DNA from: Octopus bimaculoides | Lineage: Eukaryota | Assembly (NCBI RefSeq): GCF_001194135.2 | Contig: NC_068990.1 | Span: 79,974,504 to 80,038,450 of the forward strand | Reading direction: 5' to 3' | Length of the DNA stretch: 63,947 nucleotides | In this document: positions 40,473-50,862 of the stretch, piece by piece | How positions within the stretch are numbered: position 1 is the stretch's first letter | How the letters are laid out: every line of letters begins with the position of its first letter | Made by a program: the position numbers and the translations under genes | Notes under the pieces: model-generated | Databases searched by the model: none | What the model was told of the DNA's origin: nothing | Seen by the model: the letters and a program-made list of their open reading frames with translations, nothing else

Positions 40473-40994
40473 TTGGGTCATCCCACAAATAATGCAGTTT
40501 TTTTCAATTCAATGAATTAAAAGTCGGAGGGGGACGGGATAAACTATTTGCAACACCTTGCTATAAAAGCAGGTAGTAATTTTATCTTGTACTTATTCTT
40601 AGTGCACGTTTTAAATGGTGCAGTTCAATTTTAACAGTTATTTTTTCAAAGCTATAATGGAAGTGGCAAAGGAGCATATTCGGGGCATATTTTGCTTCAT
40701 GAGTTCAATTAAGGCAACAACGGAACGGAAAGTGCGAAGAATATTAACGCAGTATACGGGGATTAGACAATAAGCGTAAGCCAGTGTCAATTGTGGTTCC
40801 AGAAATTCTGAGTCGGAAACTACAGCCTAGAAGCCAAGCCGCGTCCTGAAAGATCTGTAGAGCTCGACGAGGACGTCCTGCAAACACTGGTGGAAGAAAA
40901 TCCCATCGTAACTGTTGAAGAACTAGCAGAGAAGCTTAGATTTAGTCATTCGACCATTCATCGACATCTGCGTGCCATCGGAAAAGTTAGCAAA
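40473..40994 (+). mobile_element. Mariner (Mos1-like) 5' half with decayed transposase N-terminus
   Basis: TA-flanked TIR-like TTGGGTCATCCCACAAATAATGCAG. ATG at 40657 gives MEVAKEHIR/HILLHEFN*GNNGTESAKNINAVYGD*TISVSQCQLWFQKF*VGNYSLEAKPRPERSVELDEDVLQTLVEENPIVTVEELAEKLRFSHSTIHRHLRAIGKVSK (both HTH regions). Confidence 0.88.
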
Positions 40995-40995
40995 T

Positions 40996-41093
40996 AGTCG
41001 ACTTCAGTGGAATTTGAACTCAGAACATAAAAACAGATGGAATACCGCTAAGCATTTTGCCCGGCGTGCTAACGTTTCTGCCAGCTCGCCGCC
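40996..41093 (-). mobile_element. SINE family B head, directly abutting the truncated mariner
   Basis: Minus: GGCGGCGAGCTGGCAGAAACGTTAGCACGCCGGGCAAAATGCTTAGCGGTATTCC...CTGAGTTCAAATTCC, with A-box-like and B-box (GTTCAAATTCC) motifs. Confidence 0.85.
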
Positions 41094-42071
41094 TTTACAC
41101 TTAGTATATTGTCATTCTAAAATNNNNNNNNNNNNNNNNNNNNNNNNNNNNNNNNNNNNNNNNNNNNNNNNNNNNNNNNNNNNNNNNNNNNNNNNNNNNN
41201 NNNNNNNNNNNNNNNNNNNNNNNNNNNNNNNNNNNNNNNNNNNNNNNNNNNNNNNNNNNNNNNNNNNNNNNNNNNNNNNNNNNNNNNNNNNNNNNNNNNN
41301 NNNNNNNNNNNNNNNNNNNNNNNNNNNNNNNNNNNNNNNNNNNNNNNNNNNNNNNNNNNNNNNNNNNNNNNNNNNNNNNNNNNNNNNNNNNNNNNNNNNN
41401 NNNNNNNNNNNNNNNNNNNNNNNNNNNNNNNNNNNNNNNNNNNNNNNNNNNNNNNNNNNNNNNNNNNNNNNNNNNNNNNNNNNNNNNNNNNNNNNNNNNN
41501 NNNNNNNNNNNNNNNNNNNNNNNNNNNNNNNNNNNNNNNNNNNNNNNNNNNNNNNNNNNNNNNNNNNNNNNNNNNNNNNNNNNNNNNNNNNNNNNNNNNN
41601 NNNNNNNNNNNNNNNNNNNNNNNNNNNNNNNNNNNNNNNNNNNNNNNNNNNNNNNNNNNNNNNNNNNNNNNNNNNNNNNNNNNNNNNNNNNNNNNNNNNN
41701 NNNNNNNNNNNNNNNNNNNNNNNNNNNNNNNNNNNNNNNNNNNNNNNNNNNNNNNNNNNNNNNNNNNNNNNNNNNNNNNNNNNNNNNNNNNNNNNNNNNN
41801 NNNNNNNNNNNNNNNNNNNNNNNNNNNNNNNNNNNNNNNNNNNNNNNNNNNNNNNNNNNNNNNNNNNNNNNNNNNNNNNNNNNNNNNNNNNNNNNNNNNN
41901 NNNNNNNNNNNNNNNNNNNNNNNNNNNNNNNNNNNNNNNNNNNNNNNNNNNNNNNNNNNNNNNNATATATATATATATATATATATAATTATGTAAATAA
42001 TATATAAATATGCATATATACATACGTATATGTACATACCTACATATATATGTATATATACATGCGTATAT

Positions 42072-42315
42072 GGGTACAGGACATAAATAAAAACGTAGAT
42101 ACAATGAGGAACGAAAACATAAAAAACATAAAAACAAAAGCATAGAAAAGGAACTTTTTTCGAACAACGAAAAAGAAACAAAGAGAGAAACGAGGCATGC
42201 AACATAAAGAAGATCCCCTTCATCAATTGTCCCCTGTTTCATCTACCCCGCGTTTCGAAGGTAAGGACAAGATGCGACTTCGTTAAAACAGTCCTTCCCG
42301 CAAAGCAAATTAAAT
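42072..42315 (-). mobile_element. Interspersed repeat of the GGGTACAGGAC-terminus family, copy 3
   Basis: Terminal GGGTACAGGAC at 42072-42082; CCCCTTCATCAA and CGTTTCGAAG are spaced as in copy 2. Confidence 0.65.
42213..42277 (-). ncRNA. Candidate non-circularly permuted hammerhead ribozyme, copy 3
   Basis: Minus: TCGCAT-C-TTGTCC-TTACCTTC-GAA-ACGCGG-(15 nt)-GGACAA-TTGATGA-AGGGG. Stem I has 6 perfect bp, the triplet is AUC, stem III has 5 of 6 bp and stem II is CCTT/GGGG. The core carries C3->U. Confidence 0.5.
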
Positions 42316-42669
42316 AAATATGTGTGTGTGAGTGTGTGTGTACCAAAAAGGTCTATAACCGTCATTAAATATGACTAAGGGTGTTAGGAACACCTAAATT
42401 GCTAGAAATAAGAGCTAAACGGTCCAATGTCGTAGTCAGAGCACATAATTGTATGCATCCGTGCTGACAGAGACCGTAATCGCCCGAAAGCAGCTGTCGA
42501 GATACGAGATATCACCAGATTAATCGATCAGTTTTGGCTTTTTCCTCGTAGCCCCTTCAGTGGCATCGGCACGACTCGGCTATTCTCATACGAAGATCAC
42601 TACCAGCCACGATAGAACGCTAGACACTAAACCTTTTTTTATTTTCTCTCTCTGCTTATTTCTGTGTTG

Positions 42670-42705
42670 CTTTCTGTTGAAGAGCGTAGGCTCGAAACGT
42701 AAAAG
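42670..42705 (+). ncRNA. Degenerate minimal type I hammerhead motif
   Basis: CTTT-CTGTTGA-A-GAGC-GTAG-GCTC-GAAAC-GTA-AAAG. Stems I (CTTT/AAAG) and II (GAGC/GCTC) are perfect, stem III is a loopless palindrome (ACGT) and the core has A6->U. Confidence 0.5.
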
Positions 42706-43076
42706 ACTTTCTAATTTCCCGAGCGTTAAAAGCGTTAAGATCTATCTATCTATCTTTCTATCTATCTATCTATAGATAGATAGAAAGATACATACATACA
42801 TATAAAATTACGATTCAGTTGATTTAGGTACTTAAATTGAGGCACCTGGGGAGTTCGGTATAATCTGCACACCCAAACAATATTAATTAGATATTGAATA
42901 TCAAGATTCCGTACAGGGGTGTCTGTACCTGATATTTCTGCCGCGAGTGCATATATGTATATATATATATGTATATATATATATACATATATATATGCTT
43001 TTCTAAACACATATATACAAACACAGTCCACATGTATTTGCTTTTCAATTCAATATACTATTCAAANNNNNNNNNN

Positions 43077-43127
<51 letters not shown>

Positions 43128-44316
43128 TATGCATTGGTGTGTTTATGTATGTACATATTTATGCATGTGTGTATGTATGTATATATATATATATGTATAT
43201 ATATATATACATATATATATGCTTTTCTAAACACATATATACAAACACAGTCCACATGTATTTGCTTTTCAATTCAATATACTATTCAAATTCGAAGTCA
43301 TAGGAATTTCCACTTTCACACGATGGACAGTTAATGATATTTATCCATCTCCAGCCATCTTTGGTTACATTATTTTCTTCAATGTTTTCATTTGATATTA
43401 TATATTGGACGAAGCCAATCTTTTCTCCATTTTTAACTGACGGTTGCAATAGCATAATGGGTTTTACGAGCATTGAATAGTACTAACATTATATACAACA
43501 CTTTTTTTCCTTCTTTCATTTTGGATATTACTCGTAATACGATGTTCTGAAAAAAAAAATGATATGTGTTTAAAATTGACTTCGCCCTAAACCAGTTCAT
43601 CCACCGCACCAATGGCTTTCCTTACTGTCATAATATTTTAGTTTATTTTTGTCATTGGTTTTGTTGTTATTTCCTTTATAGTACAAATTTTGTTTTCTCT
43701 AGTTGTCTATAAAGCTTGGCTTCTATCAATATGACACCGATGCTAATCAATAAAAGAGATGTAGTTTAAAAAGATAAATAACAGTCATAACATTAGTCAA
43801 CGTATATTGTTCAACGCCATAAATTTATCTGTCTGGCTACCTGCCTGTCTATATACTATACACTCATTCTAATGTATGTATGCATGTATGTATGTATGTA
43901 TGTATGTATGTATGTATGCATGCATGTATGTATGTATGTGTGTATGCATGCATGTATGTATGTATGTATGTATCTGTCTATCTATTAGCATATATATATN
44001 NNNNNNNNNNNNNNNNNNNNNNNNNNNNNNNNNNNNNNNNNNNNNNNNNNNNNNNNNNNNNNNNNNNNNNNNNNNNNNNNNNNNNNNNNNNNNNNNNNNN
44101 NNNNNNNNNNNNNNNNNNNNNNNNNNNNNNNNNNNNNNNNNNNNNNNNNNNNNNNNNNNNNNNNNNNNNNNNNNNNNNNNNNNNNNNNNNNNNNNNNNNN
44201 NNNNNNNNNNNNNNNNNNNNNNNNNNNNNNNNNNNNNNNNNNNNNNNNNNNNNNNNNNNNNNNNNNNNNNNNNNNNNNNNNNNNNNNNNNNNNNNNNNNN
44301 NNNNNNNNNNNNNNNN

Positions 44317-44358
<42 letters not shown>

Positions 44359-44360
<2 letters not shown>

Positions 44361-44701
44361 AACTTCCCTTTGCTGGCTCGGCATCCACAGACCTGTTTCG
44401 GGGTAGTTTCCCGCTATCAATATGTAGCAGCCGAGTCCAGCAGGGATCGCTGTTGACCTCTGTTCGAAGATTTTGTTTATATATATTCAGTGAAATACAT
44501 GCACTGATATTCAAAAATAGAAATGTCATAATTTCTAAATCTCTCTAAAGGAGAGATACAGAAGCAGTACTGAATATATATAAAGAAAACCTTCGAAAAG
44601 AGGGAAACAACGACCCCTGCTGGACTCGGCTGCTCCACATTGATAAGGGGGAAATAATACGATACCGGTCTGTGGATGCCTAGCCAGCAAAGGGAAGTTG
44701 A
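44359..44701. mobile_element. Foldback/MITE-like element with 133-bp inverted arms
   Basis: 44359-44491 is the imperfect reverse complement of 44569-44701 (for example TCAACTTCCCTTTGCTGGCTCGGCATCCACAGACC vs GGTCTGTGGATGCCTAGCCAGCAAAGGGAAGTTGA), with a 77-bp spacer. Confidence 0.85.
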
Positions 44702-44989
44702 TAACCTCCCTTCTTCGAAGGTTTATGGACGCAAGTTCGTTCGTCATATAGCTAGCTAGCTAGAAGCGATCGCCTCTAGGAGCTAATCAACAGCAGCATT
44801 CGTCCCATTTCTCTGGACTGCCACGTTAGTCTGGCAATATATATATATGTATACTGGAGAAACTTTAGAAAATGTATTAATGGATGGTGAGTAAAGCACC
44901 GGCACAGTTTCGATTACCTGTTGTTGTCCGTAGATTTACTGCAGGGACTTCGTAGTGGCGGTGGGGTAACAGAGATGGAATGTGTAATA

Positions 44990-45056
44990 GACTTTATTGG
45001 GTACAACACATGTTTCGACTCGCTCTGGGTCTCTTCAGGTACTTCAATAAAAAGTC
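44990..45056 (-). ncRNA. Minimal type I hammerhead ribozyme motif (Penelope-like)
   Basis: Minus: GACTTTTTATTG-AA-GTAC-CTGAAGA-GAC-CCAGAGCGA-GTC-GAAAC-ATGT-GTT-GTAC-C-CAATAAAGTC. The core is intact, stem I has 14 bp with an internal loop and bulge, stem II is GAC/GTC, the stem III region contains the palindrome ACATGT, and the triplet is GUU. Confidence 0.75.
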
Positions 45057-45547
45057 TCACTAGAGATTTCTTGAGTCGGCTTCCGTACCACTATATGTCC
45101 ATCAAACTTGAGATTGAGTAAAATCAGAGAAAAATTATTGAAACGCAAAAAATTTAAATATGAAAAGTATACATTCAAGTTTAGAGAAAATGACGTAATC
45201 AATTTTCGTTGTTGTAACTACTAAGAGAAAGAAAAAGAAGTAGAAGTTGAAAGGAAGATAATACTTAGACGAAAATAGGAGTTAATGCAAAGATAAAATC
45301 CGCAACGTAGGGAATCTATTGCACTGTGTACGCTGAACCTGGCAAGCTACTAGCATCAGTACGGGCATAAATGTTTAATTATAGTGCAATAATCTTGTCA
45401 ATAGTTCTATATGACTATGAAACATGAAAAGTATCGCATAGCTGTCAAGATACTAGACCAAAATTGTCTGATTCTGCAGAGGATATAAGATTAAAACGAC
45501 AAAATCCTCTAAGCAAATCCAATAAAAACATTGTACAGCAACGTCTG

Positions 45548-45599
<52 letters not shown>

Positions 45600-46064
45600 A
45601 TGTGTGTGTGTGTGTGTGTGTNNNNNNNNNNNNNNNNNNNNNNNNNNNNNNNNNNNNNNNNNNNNNNNNNNNNNNNNNNNNNNNNNNNNNNNNNNNNNNN
45701 NNNNNNNNNNNNNNNNNNNNNNNNNNNNNNNNNNNNNNNNNNNNNNNNNNNNNNNNNNNNNNNNNNNNNNNNNNNNNNNNNNNNNNNNNNNNNNNNNNNN
45801 NNNNNNNNNNNNNNNNNNNNNNNNNNNNNNNNNNNNNNNNNNNNNNNNNNNNNNNNNNNNNNNNNNNNNNNNNNNNNNNNNNNNNNNNNNNNNNNNNNNN
45901 NNNNNNNNNNNNNNNNNNNNNNCAAGGTTACTGGTTATTTTGAAAAACTCGCGATAATGCGTAGTATTTACGAACATAAGTAATTTAATAGGGCACGATA
46001 ATTAAAAAAAAAAACTAGGTCAAAAACCCTTAAGTGCTAATAATGTTTTTGGTAGATACTCTAT

Positions 46065-46244
46065 ATAATAATAATAGTGTTTTATAAGCATATAGTTTAT
46101 AAGCGATCACCGTGCAATGACTAAAGTCTGATATTGGGGCATATAATAGTCTAATAATCGGGCATATAAGCCCCCGACGGAAAAAAAGGGGCGACGGGGA
46201 AAACCTACTTTTTCGGTCGGGGACTGATATGTTCTATCATTACA
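46065..46244. repeat. 180-bp segment duplicated exactly at 47231-47410
   Basis: By-eye identity from ATAATAATAATAGTG to CTATCATTACA. Confidence 0.9.
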
Positions 46245-46777
46245 ACTGTAAATCAAAATTAACACGACTGCACACGAACACAAAGGCGTATTTCTTCATA
46301 TGCATTTGCATACATACACTCGTACCTATAATAGTGTCATTTATAATTTGATTGTTGACTTTTTTATCATAATAACCAAGAAAGGGAGCTGTTCTTTGCT
46401 ATATTCCATTGTGAATTTTGGGTTTATATAATTTAGCATTGATTTGAATTCCAAAAGTTTATCAATGGTCTCCTTCCAAATGATAAAGCAGTCATCCAGA
46501 TATCTTTTCCAGTTCTCTCTTACATAATGGTGAAAGGGATATCAATATTTCGCAAGAACAAGGGCTGNNNNNNNNNNNNNNNNNNNNNNNNNNNNNNNNN
46601 NNNNNNNNNNNNNNNNNNNNNNNNNNNNNNNNNNNNNNNNNNNNNNNNNNNNNNNNNNNNNNNNNNNNNNNNNNNNNNNNNNNNNNNNNNNNNNNNNNNN
46701 NNNNNNNNNNNNNNNNNNNNNNNNNNNNNNNNNNNNNNNNNNNNNNNTGTATGTATGTATATATATATACATATATA

Positions 46778-46825
<48 letters not shown>

Positions 46826-46983
46826 CATAAATTCGTGTGTATGTATGTATATATGTATATATATATATATCTATACATATGTATACACACACACACGCAC
46901 AAATATGCATAAACTATATAAGCATCTAAATATTTTGAGGAGAACATTGTGTTGAAACATGAAGTGTAATTTTATCGAAGTAT

Positions 46984-47148
46984 GGCGCCGAATTAACTGA
47001 GTGGCGGTAAAACAAAGATTATGATAAAATACGTGCCAGACTTAAAAATTAAAAAAGTACCGGGGTAAATTTGTTCAATTAAACCTTTCATGGCGGTGCT
47101 CCAGAATGGCTGCAATCTAGTGACTGACACAAGTAAAAGATAAAAGGA
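46984..47148 (+). mobile_element. Short SINE-like copy with the shared LINE-type tail
   Basis: Contains AAGTACCGGGGTAAATTTGTTCAATTAA...GGCGGTGCTCCAGAATGGCTGCAATCTAGTGACTGACACAAGTAAAAGA. Confidence 0.6.
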
Positions 47149-47230
47149 AAAGCATAATATATCTAACGTAAACATATACTAACATGCGATAAGTTGATGA
47201 GTAGCGTCGATTTTTACAATTCTGTAAATA

Positions 47231-47452
47231 ATAATAATAATAGTGTTTTATAAGCATATAGTTTATAAGCGATCACCGTGCAATGACTAAAGTCTGATAT
47301 TGGGGCATATAATAGTCTAATAATCGGGCATATAAGCCCCCGACGGAAAAAAAGGGGCGACGGGGAAAACCTACTTTTTCGGTCGGGGACTGATATGTTC
47401 TATCATTACACTATTTTCTTTAGTCATTGCACGGTGATTGTTTATGAGCTTA
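47231..47452. mobile_element. Small non-autonomous element with 28-bp subterminal inverted repeats and an internal GC-rich hairpin
   Basis: ATAAGCGATCACCGTGCAATGACTAAAG (47265-47292) pairs with CTTTAGTCATTGCACGGTGATTGTTTAT (47418-47445). Internal hairpin CCCCGAC-G-GAAAAA...TTTTTC-G-GTCGGGG. Confidence 0.55.
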
Positions 47453-49052
47453 CGTATTTTATTATTTCTATATGAAAATAAAAGATGAAACTTCTAACAT
47501 GTATGTGTGTGTGTTTGTGTGTATGTATATCTTTAGATACATATATGCATATACTTATTTTTGTATATCCCCGTATATATATATGTACATACATATTAAT
47601 GTGTGTCTGTGTCTCTGTGTGATCTGGGGGTGTGTAAGTATGTTTCTCGGTGTTGCCTTAGCCCTATGAGACAGCTGACAATAATTTTTTCTTTAGCTTG
47701 CAGTTTTTAAAATACAAGATGAATCACATACATTCCAGTCACTGTTTCTCTAGTTGCATCATATCATTATATAGAGCTCTTGCAAGCTGCCCTCGGCAGA
47801 TTGTTTGTTGACAACTTCCTTCATATCAAAATATTGTAGATTTAGCAGCTGGGAACCGTTTGTATCAAGACATTAACCTATTTCTTAAAAGCTGCAATAA
47901 CTTGTGAAAATATCGGCGTACTTGGAGATCAAATTTCTCGACGTGTTGTTCTTCGTTCTAAAACATTTTTTTCTGTGTATTCTGTGTTATAGGTCGTTCT
48001 GTTTTTGAAGTCCACACTAATTTATCGAAGTATAAATATGATTTAATAGTGAAGAGTAAGAAAAAAATATTAGTGCAAATATACTATACTCTTACCTTTC
48101 TCCCAACTGATAAGTTCAACCACTAAATTCGTGGGTGCATCTGTTTTGTGCAGCTCCTTTAAGACTTGTTCGTTTATTCGAATATTCTTGTGTCATCTCT
48201 TGCACCGCAAAATCACTATAGCAAGGAAGTACACATTTTTATCAATAATTACTAAGCAAAAAGGTGTTTGTTTTTTTAAATGTTGTATATATTAAGTAAT
48301 AATTGTTTTTAAAATTAAATAATTGTTTCTAACATTTTGTCTTTATTAATATAGACGGAATTTCTTTGGTTCCTATTTGTTAAATTTATTCTAAACATTC
48401 TTTCCCAATTACAAAGGGGAATGGGTGGTGATGTGTATCAAACGTTGATCTACTTGTTTACAAATATATTATTCATGATTAAATTATTTTAGTGTTGATA
48501 ACAAGAGAAAGAAAATAACTAATGAAAATGAAGGATATTAGAGACATTCAAAAGGACATAACATATTAATACTTTCCTTTGTTGATTGTTCAAACCATTC
48601 TTGAATCGTTCATGAATCTCTATTTCTTAATAATCAGAATTTTTCATAAGCTATAACAACGTATTCAAATATTAGCAGATTTTGTTGAGTGTTCGTTAAA
48701 AAAGTACATCTTTAAGCGATTAGAATGACGATATACTGACTGTTTAGCATGTAACATATTGTTTCAGCCCGATTTACATTCTCATATGAAACGAGTACTG
48801 AAATTCAGTGACAAGGGGAAAGCCATGCGACATGTGTAGAATAGAAATTTGTGCGAGCTGACGGCGTGGGATGCCATGAACTAGCAGAGATGTACAAATC
48901 GTTCAAGCAGATCTAAGACAAAAGTACGAATTACTCAAAAATACTCGTAATTATGTGGTCACATTGTAAAACAAAATTGATCTTCTTTGAGGCGCAAATG
49001 ACTGAGAAATTACTCGCTAACCTTACCTACTGTCAGACAAGATGAAGCAAGA

Positions 49053-49338
49053 TGGCTCCCTCAATCTCCAGACCTTAATATTATTGAGCATCTGTGGTGT
49101 ATTTTGGAGCGACAAGTTAGAAGTCGTTTACCCTCTACCGTCGTGTCTGCAACATCTGCAGCCTGTTTTGCAGGAAGAATGGCTCAAGATCCCATCCCTC
49201 TCAATGAAGTCAGGAAGCTGTATGAATCAATTCCCTGACGCATCGAAGCTGTTCAGAAAGCTAAAGGAGGACCAACGCCATATTAAATAAATATTCATTG
49301 AATTTAACACGTGTTCCAATTATTTTGTCCAACCCCTG
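49053..49338 (+). mobile_element. Tc1-like transposon 3' end
   Basis: WLPQSPDLNIIEHLWCILERQVRSR/PLPSCLQHLQPVLQEEWLKIP/EVRKLYESIP*RIEAVQKAKGGPTPY*, then TIR-like ATTATTTTGTCCAACCCCTG followed by TA. Confidence 0.9.
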
Positions 49339-50211
49339 TATATATAACAGGGTTATTGGTGAGGGATTATCGGTCAGGGCAAATATTTCATAAGCTCTAT
49401 GTTGGTACACCAGGCTAACAATATTCTTTAGATTAGTAAAGATCTGCAAGTAAATCCGTGGTTGTGTTTCTGTCAAACCGGTTTTTACACAGAGTGTATA
49501 TGTATGTATATATGCTATAATATTCTCACTATGTAATTGTACCACATAATAATGTGATACGTAATGTATATAATAACATACAGCTACTAAACAGTTACTG
49601 AGGAAATATAATACATTGTAATAAATAACATAATGTATTATATCGAATAGTCTCAATGTTTAAGTTAATATATTGTAATTGATATTCACAGTGTAATGTT
49701 AAACGCTATAATGATATACTTATTGAGTGAGACAGTAGACTGTAATGTTATACACACTGTGTGCTACGACGTATAATTACAATAAAATCACTATAGATAA
49801 ACACGGTTAATTAATATACTGCTCGTATCAAACTTGCTGCAATAGAATTCTGTTCTTGCTTATTAGATTCTTGTCATTTCTCATCTAACAGATCATTAAA
49901 GATACTCCATCCGTGACCATCTCTTCTTCTATTTAGATATAGCATTTCTGTAGTTGCATTAACTCATGTACTGCCGGTGTTATTTTGTTTTTGGTTCCAG
50001 TTTGATCCTGATTGGGCCGATCTAGGAACAAATACATTCTAAGCATGACCCGGACGGAGTGTACTTAAAACAGCATCACCGAAATGTGAAACTTCCCTTT
50101 GAAGACGACAGAATATAATCAGGGGATGGTCTTGATACTACATCTAGCAACTGTAGTTGACTTTAGAGATTGGTCTGGCTTGATAATGTAAACGTATTAT
50201 CGGAGAAAATG

Positions 50212-50265
50212 CTATACTATTGTCAGTGTGTCTACAACCAATACTATTGTCAGTGTGTCTACAAC
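50212..50265. repeat. 27-bp tandem duplication
   Basis: ATACTATTGTCAGTGTGTCTACAAC occurs twice, head to tail. Confidence 0.85.
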
Positions 50266-50340
50266 TGTATAGGTGAATATTTCCTTCTTTTTATTTAAAA
50301 AAATGCGATCTGATTTAATTGGAGGTGGGTATTATTTCTT

Positions 50341-50862
50341 CTGACATCTTATCAAGAGCCCACCAGTCTGATCACATCAAAGGAAAATGTAACATTGTTC
50401 GAGGCAGATCCAGCTGACTTCTTTGAATGTTTCCTAACCCAGTGTGAGTGATGTGTTCATCACTTTGAGCCAGAGACAGGGACAAGCAATGTGGTGGAAA
50501 CACCACTCGTCACCTGCTCCAAAAAAAGGCCAAGGATATTTCGTCTACTAGGAAGGTGATGGCCTCAGTTTCTTAGGATGCAAATGCCAATGTATTTATT
50601 GACTATCTTTATAATGGCCACACTGCTAATGGAGATTACTATACCGACTTGCTGAGGCAGTTACGAAAGGCTATCGAGACGAAAATCCCATCAAAACTGA
50701 CGAAAGGCTCTTGTTTCTTTAGGACAACGCTTCTGCACACAAGCCCTTGCTTTCAATGGCTACTGAATGCGAATCTGGTCTTGAATTGGTTGATCAGCCT
50801 CCCTATTCTCCTGATTTGGTCTCATCTGACTATCATGTGTTATCCAACATGAAAAAACACTT
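50341..50862 (+). mobile_element. Mariner transposase catalytic-domain remnant (DD34D)
   Basis: FEADPADFFECFLTQCE*CVHHFEPET...KVMASVS*DANANVFIDYLYNGHTANGDYYTDLLRQLRKAIETK.../FL*DNASAHKPLLSMATECESGLELVDQPPYSPDLVSSDYHVLSNMKKH, with 34 residues between the last two Asp. Confidence 0.9.

Noticed and set aside
47750-48750. Minus-strand peptide fragments (EEQHVEKFDLQVRRYFHKLLQLLRNRL; IRINEQVLKELHK) suggesting a decayed coding region
   Set aside because: Many stops and frameshifts, and no motif I can assign with confidence; a tBLASTx search would be needed.
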